In this document: piece by piece, positions 1 to 9,774 of the stretch
Position numbering within the stretch: the stretch's first letter is position 1
How the letters are laid out: each line of letters begins with the position of its first letter
Assembly: GCA_018671775.1 (NCBI GenBank)
Contig: JABHGY010000015.1
Coordinates: 1-53,028, forward strand
Source of the DNA: Fidelibacterota bacterium
GTDB taxonomy: Bacteria > Fidelibacterota > Marinisomatia > Marinisomatales > UBA1611
DNA length: 53,028 nt
Direction of reading: 5' to 3'
Translations under genes and position numbers: made by a program
The notes under the pieces: generated by a model
Database searches by the model: none
Seen by the model: only the letters and a program-made list of their open reading frames with translations
Told to the model about the DNA's origin: nothing

Positions 1-582
1 GACACCATTGATGGTGCTCCCACTTATAAAATCCAATTTATCGCCACAACAGATTCTTGGGGTAATTTTGTTTTTCCTATTCGAGATACAGTTTCAATTT
101 GGATTGACCAAAATTTGCTCGCAACTCGAAAAATTGCTAAAAATATCAATGAGGGAAACTACCATAAAGTAACCCAAACGCATATTTATACAGATAAGGG
201 CTTTGCCATTTCTAATCAAGATACGGTGTTCATTTCATCGGCGGTTCAAGACCCATATTCACTTTTTTATATTTTAAGGACTTTTGCTTTGAGAGTGGGT
301 GACAATTATCATTTCACTACAATTGATGGGAAAAAATTGACTGACATCCATTTAGAGTTAGAAAAGAAAACGCGTATAAAAGTTGTTCAGCAATGGTGGA
401 ATTGCTTGAAAGTCCGACCTTTTCGCAGTGATGGTCAAGCTCTAAAAAATTTGGGGGAAATGGCGATTTGGTTTTCTGATGATGCAAATAAATATCCTGT
501 CCGCATCAAAATAAAATTGAAATATGGTGCACTTACGCTAAATGTATTGGATATTAATTCAACAAACGCCCCACATCATTAA
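1..582 (+). CDS. DUF3108-like protein, 5' end cut by the window edge
   Basis: Frame 1 is open from base 1 (DTIDGAPTYKIQFIATTDSWGNFVFPIRDTVSIWIDQNLL...) into the listed 115..582 ORF, so the TTG at 115 is probably not the start. The VQDPYSLFYILR motif and overall pattern resemble DUF3108. The 3' end overlaps the convergent rseP by 29 nt. Confidence 0.55.
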   Translation, partial: DTIDGAPTYKIQFIATTDSWGNFVFPIRDTVSIWIDQNLLATRKIAKNINEGNYHKVTQTHIYTDKGFAISNQDTVFISSAVQDPYSLFYILRTFALRVGDNYHFTTIDGKKLTDIHLELEKKTRIKVVQQWWNCLKVRPFRSDGQALKNLGEMAIWFSDDANKYPVRIKIKLKYGALTLNVLDINSTNAPHH

Positions 583-1729
583 ATATCACGGTTACCATCA
601 ATAAAAGAAGAAAAGCCATCCCAATTTGCTGAACCACCATTTTTGCTTTAAGGCTTAATGGTTTCCGAATGATGGCTTCAATCAGCAATATGAAAATGTG
701 CCCCCCATCCAATCCTGGGATAGGAATAATATTAATAAAGGCAAGATTCACAGAAAGCATTCCCATAAACGTGAGCAGTGGAATCCAGCCTGCTTTAGCG
801 GTTTCTCCTGCCAATTGAGCAATCATAATAGGTCCTCCCCCCATTTCGTTCATGGATGCTTCACCCGAGACAAGCATACTAATGGACATGACAATCATGC
901 CAAAACTATTGACCGTCGAACGAAAGCCTAGCTTTAGAGATTCGCCAAAAGAAATAGGTTTATAATCATAAAAAGGAGCAATGCCAATCACACCCAAAGT
1001 GTCTAATCTTGATTTTCTGGGAATAGCTTGAGAAGAAGTCAATAAATGAAGAGAGTGCTTTGCTCCATCTCGTTCATAAACCAAATCAATTTCTGCGTTG
1101 GGCAATGGATGAATGACTTTCGTAATATCTTCCCAAGTTTCAATTTGAGTTTGATTAATCGAAATGATGCGATCTCCAATCTTTAAGCCCGCTTTCGACG
1201 CGGGCAATTCTTTCCTGAGTTCTGCAATTTTAGGTTCGGTACTGATTTCCGGGAATCCTTGAACAAAAGATACACCAGAAAATAAAACGAAAGCTGTGAT
1301 TAAATTCATGATTACACCTGCCGACATAACCCATATTTTTGCAGGAACAGATTTGCTCATAAATTCATCTGGCGCGGATGTAATTTCTGTATCCATACTT
1401 TCATCAATGATGCCAGCCATTTTTACGTAACCACCCAAGGGGATGAGGGCGAAACAATATTCAGTTGTTGAGCCAGTTTTTCTTGGTCTAGAAATGGTTT
1501 TAGTGAAAGTTGGTCCCCATTCTAATTTTCCTGATTCTCCTTTATGGAAAAAATAAAGCATCATAAGCCAACCATCATCTATGGATGTAAAAGTGATAAA
1601 TCTAGGCGGAAATCCGATGGAAAACCGCTCCACGCGAATCCCCACAGACCTTGCGGCAAGATAGTGCCCCAACTCATGCACAAAAACCAAAACGCCTAAA
1701 ACAAAAATAGTAGCCCAAATAAATGTCAT
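554..1729 (-). CDS. rseP: RIP metalloprotease RseP (site-2 protease, M50 family)
   Basis: HELGHY zinc motif in the first TM segment, a central PDZ-like region (GLKIGDRIISIN), a C-terminal NxxPxPxLDGG motif (NIIPIPGLDGG), and the conserved dxr-rseP neighbourhood. Confidence 0.9.
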   Translation of the reverse strand: MTFIWATIFVLGVLVFVHELGHYLAARSVGIRVERFSIGFPPRFITFTSIDDGWLMMLYFFHKGESGKLEWGPTFTKTISRPRKTGSTTEYCFALIPLGGYVKMAGIIDESMDTEITSAPDEFMSKSVPAKIWVMSAGVIMNLITAFVLFSGVSFVQGFPEISTEPKIAELRKELPASKAGLKIGDRIISINQTQIETWEDITKVIHPLPNAEIDLVYERDGAKHSLHLLTSSQAIPRKSRLDTLGVIGIAPFYDYKPISFGESLKLGFRSTVNSFGMIVMSISMLVSGEASMNEMGGGPIMIAQLAGETAKAGWIPLLTFMGMLSVNLAFINIIPIPGLDGGHIFILLIEAIIRKPLSLKAKMVVQQIGMAFLLLLMVTVIFNDVGRLLN

Positions 1730-1759
1730 TGTGTGTTTTTCTCCTGTAAAAATATTGTT

Positions 1760-2908
1760 TTATTTAAAGTGTGAAACATACGTTTTCCCCCATTGCTCTA
1801 ATGTGAGTAAATCTTCTAAAGATGCTTCTTTTTTCCAAGCATGATCTGCCATGCCCTTTTCGATGATTTTAGGAATATCCGTAAAACGAATTTCATTATC
1901 TAAAAATTTATAAACAGCATATTCATTTAGAATATTCAAAATTGCTGGGGCTGTTCCCCCTTTTTCCAAAGCATCAAAAGCAAGCTTCATGCAGGGAAAC
2001 TTCTCAAAATCTGGTGGCTGAAATGTTAAATCGCCACATTGTGTTAAATCTAAACGCTCCCAAGAAGCTTCAATATGTCGTGGATAAGTAAGGGCATATT
2101 GAATAGGCACTTTCATATCGGGAACACCCAATTGCGCTTTTACAGATCCGTCTCGCATTTCTACCATGGAATGAATAATGGATTGGGGATGAATTACAAT
2201 ATCGATTTGATCCACATGCGTATGAAAAAGCCAATAAGCCTCAATAACTTCCAAGCCTTTGTTCATCATGGTGGCTGAATCAATGGTAATTTTTGAGCCC
2301 ATTTCCCAATTAGGATGATTCAAGGCTTCTTTGGGGTTAATAGTAGAAAAGGTTTCTTTATCCCGGGTGCGAAATGGTCCGCCGCTTCCCGTAAGAATCA
2401 AACGGCGCACGTCTGTCATCTCTTCCCCTACAAGACATTGCCAAATGGCCGAATGCTCACTGTCAACGGGGAAAATTGTTGCTCCATATTTTTTGCAAAG
2501 TCTTGTAATAAGTTCTCCAGCCATCACGAGACTTTCTTTATTTGAAAGGGCAATGTCAACGCCCGCTTGTGCCGCTTTGATGGTTGGCTCCATTCCAGAC
2601 GTTCCAACCAAGCCATTCAAAACCAAATCCACATCTGTTTTTCCTGCGATTTCGAGTAAACCTTCTCTGCCAGCTAAAACTTCAATAGACTCATTTTTTA
2701 ACGCTTCTTGAACCCTTTTTGCTGTTTCTAAATCAACCACTGCAACTGCTTTCGGTCTAAAGGTCAAAGCTTGTTCAATTAACTTTTTTCCATTTTTATA
2801 AGCGGATAAATACTGCACATTGATTTCATCGGATAGGTGTTTAGACACCAATAATGCATTGACACCAATGGAACCAGTGGAGCCTAAAATTGAGATATTT
2901 TTACCCAT
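1760..2908 (-). CDS. dxr: 1-deoxy-D-xylulose 5-phosphate reductoisomerase
   Basis: N-terminal GSTGSIG NADPH motif, PVDSEHSAI and NKGLEVIEA motifs, typical 382-aa length. Confidence 0.95.
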   Translation of the reverse strand: MGKNISILGSTGSIGVNALLVSKHLSDEINVQYLSAYKNGKKLIEQALTFRPKAVAVVDLETAKRVQEALKNESIEVLAGREGLLEIAGKTDVDLVLNGLVGTSGMEPTIKAAQAGVDIALSNKESLVMAGELITRLCKKYGATIFPVDSEHSAIWQCLVGEEMTDVRRLILTGSGGPFRTRDKETFSTINPKEALNHPNWEMGSKITIDSATMMNKGLEVIEAYWLFHTHVDQIDIVIHPQSIIHSMVEMRDGSVKAQLGVPDMKVPIQYALTYPRHIEASWERLDLTQCGDLTFQPPDFEKFPCMKLAFDALEKGGTAPAILNILNEYAVYKFLDNEIRFTDIPKIIEKGMADHAWKKEASLEDLLTLEQWGKTYVSHFK

Positions 2909-3672
2909 TATCGAAATCCTTTGGCGAGACTAAATTGTATGGTAGAAACATGGGTGTAAAGTTTTAGCCCAAATCCAATCTCGAAATACCTAATCGGAAA
3001 AGTGGAATGGAGAGAGATAAAATTGATTTCTTTATTGATGTTTTTTGGAATGGCTTCGATCTGAGAAAATGTGGAAGCTTTATAAGCATTCACGCCAAAG
3101 CCAAACGATGATGTGATATTCCAAAAAATGAATTTTCGTGCAAAAGATAAGCTTGTTGTGTTCAATCTAAAATCGCGTAATCCAGAAATATGGATTCGTT
3201 CGGCTATAAATTGCCACTTCGGATTTTCCTTATCTCCCAAATTAAGTCTTATTCCACCACCCAAAATTTGTGGCGAATCTTCATTGATTGAAAACCCCAT
3301 CACTTTTAAGGAAAGAACAAGATTTTTACTTGCCTTAACAAAAGCCGAAAAATGCGGTAAACTTAATTGATATCCGGTTATTTTATTTTGTTGAATGCCC
3401 GTTATGCGTCCATAAAACCGTTGGTTCTCTTCCATCCAAACAGGAGCACTATTCCCTATCCACATGGCCGTTGATTCTATGATATTATCCGCATGAGTGA
3501 CAAAATCTCCATCGACATAAGTATCAAACCTAAAGTCAATATTACTTTGTCCAAATAAAAATCCCATCCAAACAAGACAAAGTAGGGATTGTTTTTTTAA
3601 ATTATATAACGCCACGCTCTGATTTTTGAATAAATGAAATAATTTGCTCAAGTTCGTCACTGGTGTTTTCAT
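2908..3672 (-). CDS. Hypothetical exported protein, possible small outer-membrane beta-barrel
   Basis: Hydrophobic signal-like segment (KKQSLLCLVWMGFLFGQS) followed by alternating beta-strand-like sequence. The ATG at 3672 overlaps lpxA by 71 nt. The alternative ATG at 3567 would remove the signal-like segment, so the start is uncertain. The stop overlaps the dxr start in TAATG. Confidence 0.45.
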   Translation of the reverse strand: MKTPVTNLSKLFHLFKNQSVALYNLKKQSLLCLVWMGFLFGQSNIDFRFDTYVDGDFVTHADNIIESTAMWIGNSAPVWMEENQRFYGRITGIQQNKITGYQLSLPHFSAFVKASKNLVLSLKVMGFSINEDSPQILGGGIRLNLGDKENPKWQFIAERIHISGLRDFRLNTTSLSFARKFIFWNITSSFGFGVNAYKASTFSQIEAIPKNINKEINFISLHSTFPIRYFEIGFGLKLYTHVSTIQFSLAKGFR

Positions 3673-4396
3673 CTTTTTCGATTGCTTTTAAAGCATCTGC
3701 TCTATTGGTTCCAGACCTAAAATATTTGCGATACGCTTTTTTGATGGCTTGTCGTGTTTCTGTGGAAAAACCGCGCCGCTCAAGTCCGATTTTATTTATC
3801 CCAGCGAAACGAAGTGGTTCTCCTGCGGCTAAAATGTAAGGTGGAACATCTTGGACCACTCTAAACCCAGCGGCAACAAAAGCATGGGAACCTATTTTAG
3901 AAAATTGATGAACCAAAACACCTCCACCTAAAGAAACCCAATCTCCCACTTCCACATGTCCACCAAGCGTAACTTGATTCGCAAAAATTACATGATCCCC
4001 CACAATTGAATCATGACCAATATGCACATACGCCATGAGCAAAACATGAGATCCAAGTTCTGTCCTGCCTAAAGCAACGGTGCCTTTATTGATGGTAACA
4101 TATTCTCGGATGGTGGTGTGGTTTCCCACAATCGTTTGGGTTTTTTCTCCACCAAATTTCAAATCTTGGGGAATTTCACCCACAACAGCGCCGTGGAATA
4201 TTCGGCAATCATGACCGATTTTTGTTCCTTCTCCAACCGTTACAAAATTTTCAATTTGTGTATTATCACCAATCTGAACATCGTTATTAATGACAGAATA
4301 GGGACCAATGGAGACATTTTCTCCTAATTGCGCATCCGGTGAAAGGATTGCTGTCGAGTGGATTCGAATAGAAATATCAGATTCCCGCCCGATCAA
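3602..4396 (-). CDS. lpxA: Acyl-ACP--UDP-N-acetylglucosamine O-acyltransferase
   Basis: IHSTAILSPDAQLGENVSIGPYSVI hexapeptide repeats with an alpha-helical C-terminal domain, in fabZ-lpxA synteny. The predicted start is TTG at 4396 (20-nt overlap with fabZ), so the start is uncertain. Confidence 0.9.
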   Translation of the reverse strand: MIGRESDISIRIHSTAILSPDAQLGENVSIGPYSVINNDVQIGDNTQIENFVTVGEGTKIGHDCRIFHGAVVGEIPQDLKFGGEKTQTIVGNHTTIREYVTINKGTVALGRTELGSHVLLMAYVHIGHDSIVGDHVIFANQVTLGGHVEVGDWVSLGGGVLVHQFSKIGSHAFVAAGFRVVQDVPPYILAAGEPLRFAGINKIGLERRGFSTETRQAIKKAYRKYFRSGTNRADALKAIEKDENTSDELEQIISFIQKSERGVI

Positions 4397-4838
4397 CGAT
4401 ATTTGCCGTGATAATGGCTTTGGTTACCATCACGTCGTCAACAAAAGCTTGGCCTTCAAATCGACATAGATTTAATTTCCGTTTTACCATACTCATGTGA
4501 AGCTTGATGGTATCCCCGGGAGAAATTGGTTTCTTAAAACGAGCTGAATCTACACCTGAAAAAAACATGTTTTTTGACATGGGATCATCAACCGTGGCTA
4601 AAGCAAGAAAAGCCCCTGCTTGCGCCATAGATTCTAAAATAAGTACGCCTGGCATCACGGGCTGTCCTGGAAAATGTCCCTGAAAAAATGGTTCGTTAAT
4701 GGTCACATTTTTAATAGCCGTAAGCGATTCTCCTGGCACTAAATCTTCAACCCGATCAATCAAAATAAAAGGATATCGATGGGGTATGAGCTCAATAATA
4801 TCTTGTATGTTGAATTCTGTCTTTGTTTTATAATCCAT
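4377..4838 (-). CDS. fabZ: 3-hydroxyacyl-ACP dehydratase FabZ
   Basis: LIPHRYPFILIDRV and FFQGHFPGQPVMPGVL hot-dog motifs, 153 aa. Confidence 0.95.
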   Translation of the reverse strand: MDYKTKTEFNIQDIIELIPHRYPFILIDRVEDLVPGESLTAIKNVTINEPFFQGHFPGQPVMPGVLILESMAQAGAFLALATVDDPMSKNMFFSGVDSARFKKPISPGDTIKLHMSMVKRKLNLCRFEGQAFVDDVMVTKAIITANIVDRAGI

Positions 4839-4845
4839 TTATTCT

Positions 4846-5787
4846 TTAACTCCGTAATGCTTCTATTTCTTTTTTATATGTTTCTTTAATCATTTTTACG
4901 AATTCAACATTACTGGCATGTCCAGATCTTGCTGCTGTTACATGCCCCTGAATAGGAACACCTAACAAGGCTAAGTCTCCAATTAAATCTAAAGTTTTAT
5001 GGCGAACTGGTTCATTTTTAAATCGTAATACTTTCCCATTTAAAATTCCATTCGCCCCTGAAATTAAATTTTCTTCAATGTTAAATAGTTCTCTTAAGTG
5101 CTCTACATCATTTTCAGCAATTTTTTTATCTACAATGACCAATGCATTATCTAAGGTGCCGCCCTTGATTAATCCTTGCTCTTTTAACATTTCTATTTCG
5201 CTCAAAAAACAAAATGTACGAGCAGGAGCAACTTCCTTCGCAAAATCTTCTTCCATATTATAAATAGCTTCATACTGAGTCCCCAAAGCAGGGAGTGGAT
5301 ATTCCACCATAAAGGTTACGCGAAATCGATTCGAAGGAATAACATGAATATCAATTTCTTTATCTGAATCTGAATAATTTACAACATGTGTAATATTTAA
5401 TACTTTTCTGGGAGCTGTTTGTTCTACCAGCCCACTTTTGGTAAGACACTCTACAAAATCTTTTGCACTACCATCCATCACGGGTGGCTCTTTGCTTGAA
5501 AGCTCAATTAAGACATTATCGATTCGAAGTCCGCTGACCGCAGCTAAAGCATGCTCAACCGTATGAATCCGAACGCCTTGTTCTTCAATGGTTGTTCCTC
5601 GAGAAATATCCACTACGTGATCAATATCTACTTTTATTTCAGGACAATTATTAATATCTGTTCTTAAAAATCTTATACCATAATTTTCTGGAGCTGGCTT
5701 AAATGTAATGGTGCTATCTACACCCGTATGAAGACCAATGCCCTTGCATGAAACAGGTGTTTTTATTGTCCATTGGTTTCTAATCAT
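4846..5787 (-). CDS. lpxC: UDP-3-O-acyl-N-acetylglucosamine deacetylase
   Basis: GIGLHTG, TVEHALAA and HKTLDLIGDLAL motifs. It is a separate gene, not fused to fabZ. Confidence 0.95.
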   Translation of the reverse strand: MIRNQWTIKTPVSCKGIGLHTGVDSTITFKPAPENYGIRFLRTDINNCPEIKVDIDHVVDISRGTTIEEQGVRIHTVEHALAAVSGLRIDNVLIELSSKEPPVMDGSAKDFVECLTKSGLVEQTAPRKVLNITHVVNYSDSDKEIDIHVIPSNRFRVTFMVEYPLPALGTQYEAIYNMEEDFAKEVAPARTFCFLSEIEMLKEQGLIKGGTLDNALVIVDKKIAENDVEHLRELFNIEENLISGANGILNGKVLRFKNEPVRHKTLDLIGDLALLGVPIQGHVTAARSGHASNVEFVKMIKETYKKEIEALRS

Positions 5788-5796
5788 AGTAGAAAT

Positions 5797-6807
5797 TTAG
5801 TCTGTTTTTACTTGGTTTTGCAATTGATCTAGCCGTTTCTTTATCCGCGATATTTCTGTAAAAACAGCGTCTCTTTTGTGTTGTTCTCTAATTTCTCTAG
5901 CTGGATTTCCTGCATACATTTGATTTCCTGGTAAAGATTTGGTTACAGCTGTGGTAGAAGCAATCGTAGAATGAGGACCCACTTTTACAGAATCAACTAC
6001 GCCAGACATACCACCCATTCTTGAATGATGTCCAATTTCAGAACTACCAGCAATACGTGCTCCTGCTGCAATGAGACAGCTTTCCCCAATTTTTACATTA
6101 TGTGCAATTTGAATCTGATTGTCTAACTTAACGTTATTTTCTATCACTGTATTCCCAATGGTGCCACGATCAATACTTGTGCATGCTCCAATTTCCACAT
6201 CATCACCGATAATGACATTTCCTGTATGTGATATTTTTATGTTCTGTCCTTTAATTGTGGTAAAGCCAAATCCATCAGAACCAATCACAGCGCCACTATG
6301 AATGATGGCTCTAGCCCCAATTTCTACGTTGCGATATACTGTAACGTTTGCGTGTAATTTACTTTCCGAGCCAATGTTTGCAGTGCGCCCAATAACTGTA
6401 TTTGCGCCAATCCAAACATCATCGTCAATATTCGCGCCAGCTTCAATCACAACGCCAGCTTCAATCGTGACATTTTTACCTAAATTTGCTTCTGGATGAA
6501 TAATTGCACTTTCATGAATCGTTTTAGTCGGTGTGAGCTGAGGGTAAAAAAAATCTAAAATTTTCCCAATAGCCCACGTTGGATTTTGAACAACAATGCC
6601 ATTTTTATCATCTATAAAAGATGGGTCATTCGTAATCACAGCGGAAGCGCTGGTTTCGTTCAAGTATTTTCGATATTTTAAATTTCCTAAAAATGTGATG
6701 GTATCAGGTTTCCCATTTTGAATCTCAGAAACGCCTGTAATCTCTACCATGGGATCGCCAATGACTTCTCCCTCAATCATGGAAGCAATGTGTTTTAGCG
6801 TGGACAC
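5797..6807 (-). CDS. lpxD: UDP-3-O-acylglucosamine N-acyltransferase
   Basis: LpxD-type N-terminal domain, a long left-handed beta-helix of hexapeptide repeats and a C-terminal helix. GTG start at 6807. skp-lpxD synteny. Confidence 0.93.
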   Translation of the reverse strand: MSTLKHIASMIEGEVIGDPMVEITGVSEIQNGKPDTITFLGNLKYRKYLNETSASAVITNDPSFIDDKNGIVVQNPTWAIGKILDFFYPQLTPTKTIHESAIIHPEANLGKNVTIEAGVVIEAGANIDDDVWIGANTVIGRTANIGSESKLHANVTVYRNVEIGARAIIHSGAVIGSDGFGFTTIKGQNIKISHTGNVIIGDDVEIGACTSIDRGTIGNTVIENNVKLDNQIQIAHNVKIGESCLIAAGARIAGSSEIGHHSRMGGMSGVVDSVKVGPHSTIASTTAVTKSLPGNQMYAGNPAREIREQHKRDAVFTEISRIKKRLDQLQNQVKTD

Positions 6808-6818
6808 GCGATCTTAGT

Positions 6819-7346
6819 TTATTTTGATGATTCGAGGTTCTTTAATTCGTGAAGAACGTCATCAGTAAGGTCATATTTTGGCTTAAAATATAATAGGCTT
6901 ACGGAGCCATCAAATATAAAATCATAACCGCCATCGATGGCAACTTTATCTACCGCTTTTTTGACTTTTCCTAAAATTTCATATTCCATCTGAGCTTGCT
7001 TCCGCATGATTTCACCTTGAGGGCCAACTTTTTCCGCCTGAAAAGCTTGAATTTGTCTTTCGCCATTTTCAATTTCTCTGCGAATACTTTCACCTTTGTC
7101 TAAAGCCATGAGTCGCTTGACTTCATATTCTTGCTTTAAACTATCTATTGATGCAATCATTTGATCAAATTCAAACTGCACTTTACGATATTCTAACTGT
7201 AACTCGGCCTCTGCTTCTTTAAAATCTTCAAATTCTGTCCTAATCCGTTCAGATTGAATATATCCCAATTTCATTTGTGCTATTACAGGCGTGCTGATGC
7301 TAAATATCGCTAAGCCTATAACTAGTTTATATAATGTGTTTTTCAC
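6819..7346 (-). CDS. skp: OmpH/Skp-family periplasmic chaperone
   Basis: Signal peptide (LAIFSISTPVIAQ), a coiled-coil-rich 175-aa protein, and a position between bamA and lpxD. GTG start. Confidence 0.8.
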   Translation of the reverse strand: MKNTLYKLVIGLAIFSISTPVIAQMKLGYIQSERIRTEFEDFKEAEAELQLEYRKVQFEFDQMIASIDSLKQEYEVKRLMALDKGESIRREIENGERQIQAFQAEKVGPQGEIMRKQAQMEYEILGKVKKAVDKVAIDGGYDFIFDGSVSLLYFKPKYDLTDDVLHELKNLESSK

Positions 7347-7365
7347 GTTCCCTCCTTAGGTTTGT

Positions 7366-9774
7366 TTAAAATTGTTGCCCAAAAGTAATCGTTGTTTTCC
7401 ATCCTTCAGGGGATCCGTCCCCATTCAAATCATCAAAACCATACCCGAGATCAAAGCCAAGCATACCAATCATTGGCATAAAAAACCTAACACCAACTCC
7501 GGCTGATTTTTTTAAGTCTAAAGGCCCTCTTCTGGGTAATGAAAATTTTTCTTCCATATCTAATGATGCCCACACATTTCCCATTTCAGCAAAGGCCAAA
7601 CCATACACAACGGGGTTCTCTGAAAATGGGACTCTGAATTCATTCACGATTTTAATCATAGTGTTTCCGCCAATTGGACTACCAGAAGATGTCAATGGCC
7701 CTACGCGATTATCGTCATATCCTCTGAGTGAGTTTCCGTTGGGGATTCCGTTTCCACCCATAATAAATCTTTCATCAAAAGGAACAATAGATTGCTCTCC
7801 ATCTGAAGAAGATAGGGGCTCAATCACACCAATTTTGAAAGTGCTCATCAAAACAAACTTCCAGACCGTCGGCGTATAATACTCCATACCTAACACATGT
7901 TTGTGAAAATCTTCATTTCCGCCTAAAGGTCCACCCGAAATAGTAGAAGTCAAGCTAAAGAGTGATCCTTGTGTTGTGAATTCAGGACGATCTCGGCTAT
8001 CTCTCCGAATGGATTGAGTCAGATTGATGCCAATGGATGTGCTCAAACCTTTCACATATAAATCCAAATCTTCTTGTGAGCCATCATAATTTTTTTGAAC
8101 CATTTGGAAAGACCAATTCCCACGGAAAAAATCATCTGGCCATTTAAATAAACGTCCCCAAGATGTGCTTCCACCAGCAATGGTAAAATCTAAAGGATAA
8201 TAATATTGGCTCGATCGGCCTCGAAAGGAATAAAATAGAGAAAAGCCCAAAAGGTTTTTTGTATCATTGACCATAGGGTCGGTAAAACTGATATTGAAAG
8301 ATTTATATTTTGGAGGTGTGGTAGCACTATAAAAATTATAATTTGTTCCCACATTAAAACTAAAGTTGAGCCGTTGCCCTTTGCCTCTAAAATTGGGTAA
8401 TTCCACACCACCACCACCAGTCATACCATATGTTTGCGTAAAGCCAATGTTCGCATTTGCTTTTCCAGCTGATTTTTCTTCTACCACAATTTCTAAATCG
8501 ACTTCATCTTCATCCACAGGCAAAACTTCAGGCACCACATTACTAAAATAATTTAGCATCCATACTTCTCTTTGGCTTCTTTGCAATCGGTCTCGATTAA
8601 AAATATCGCCAGGGAAAATCCGCAAACGTCGTCGGATTACATTCTCCCGTGTTTTTGAATTCCCGGAAACAAGGATATTGCGAATATATACTTTATGATT
8701 TTCTGTGATGACGAAATTTACATCTAAAGAATCTTCACCAATGGGCGTAATCTGTGGTTCCACGCGACTATAAATATATCCGCGATCCATATACAAACCC
8801 TGAATACGCTCATAAACAGCTAAATTAAATTCTTGCTCATTGTATTCGTCTCCCTTGCTAATGCCTAAAGCGCGATGGAATAATTCTTCCTCAAAAAGCG
8901 TATATCCTTCCCAAGTAAAATTTCTGAATTTATACTGAGGCCCTTCTCGTAAGCGAAATACAATATTCATTTTATTTGATGCTTCATCATATTGAATTGT
9001 ATCAGATAAAACCTCAAAATCACGGTAACCGTGGTTTTTATAAAAGGTGCTTATTTTTTCCTTATCTTCATCAAACTTACTATCATCAAATGTTGAGCGC
9101 CAAAATAAATACCAGCGTTGTTCTTTTGTTTCTTTTAATTGCCAACGAAGTCGCCAATCAGGAAAGCTTTCATTTCCTTCAAAGACAATATTTTTTATCT
9201 TTATTTTTTGATTTTCTTTGATATGAAACACCATATTATATACCAAGTTTTTTGCTTTGCCTTGATACATTTTTGATTCGATTTCTGGCTTCACTAATTC
9301 AGCTGTAATCTCAGCTTTTAAATAACCATCTTCACTATAAAGTGCTGTTAATTTTTTTGACATTGCATGAAGTGTATTTGGCTTTATTCTTTGCCCAGCA
9401 CTCATGCCAATCTCTTCTTCCAATTTGGAATCTTTAAGCTTTTTATTCCCTTTAAAAATAATCTCACCAAGAATAGGGTTTTCTTCGACTTCTATGGTAA
9501 TGGAAAGCCCTTCTTCTGTTTCTGCTTCATATAAAATTTGAATATCTTTAAAGAGACCCAGTTGCCAAAGCCGTTTTATTGCTCGTGGGAATTCTGTTGG
9601 CATAATACTATTATTTTTTCTCAATCCTGCGGTAAAGAGAATCGTTTGCTCAGAGACAATAATATTCCCAGAAACAATTACATCTACCAGCTTGATTTCT
9701 GTCTGAGCTTGCTGGGCGAAGACAGTTCCTAAAAGAAATATATATATGAATATCCTTTTTGACATATTATTCAT
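7366..9774 (-). CDS. bamA: Outer membrane protein assembly factor BamA (Omp85)
   Basis: 802 aa with a signal peptide, POTRA-like repeats, a C-terminal Omp85 barrel with the RGY motif and a terminal F (TITFGQQF). The start overlaps the uppS stop by 8 nt, with an alternative ATG at 9765. Confidence 0.93.
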   Translation of the reverse strand: MNNMSKRIFIYIFLLGTVFAQQAQTEIKLVDVIVSGNIIVSEQTILFTAGLRKNNSIMPTEFPRAIKRLWQLGLFKDIQILYEAETEEGLSITIEVEENPILGEIIFKGNKKLKDSKLEEEIGMSAGQRIKPNTLHAMSKKLTALYSEDGYLKAEITAELVKPEIESKMYQGKAKNLVYNMVFHIKENQKIKIKNIVFEGNESFPDWRLRWQLKETKEQRWYLFWRSTFDDSKFDEDKEKISTFYKNHGYRDFEVLSDTIQYDEASNKMNIVFRLREGPQYKFRNFTWEGYTLFEEELFHRALGISKGDEYNEQEFNLAVYERIQGLYMDRGYIYSRVEPQITPIGEDSLDVNFVITENHKVYIRNILVSGNSKTRENVIRRRLRIFPGDIFNRDRLQRSQREVWMLNYFSNVVPEVLPVDEDEVDLEIVVEEKSAGKANANIGFTQTYGMTGGGGVELPNFRGKGQRLNFSFNVGTNYNFYSATTPPKYKSFNISFTDPMVNDTKNLLGFSLFYSFRGRSSQYYYPLDFTIAGGSTSWGRLFKWPDDFFRGNWSFQMVQKNYDGSQEDLDLYVKGLSTSIGINLTQSIRRDSRDRPEFTTQGSLFSLTSTISGGPLGGNEDFHKHVLGMEYYTPTVWKFVLMSTFKIGVIEPLSSSDGEQSIVPFDERFIMGGNGIPNGNSLRGYDDNRVGPLTSSGSPIGGNTMIKIVNEFRVPFSENPVVYGLAFAEMGNVWASLDMEEKFSLPRRGPLDLKKSAGVGVRFFMPMIGMLGFDLGYGFDDLNGDGSPEGWKTTITFGQQF

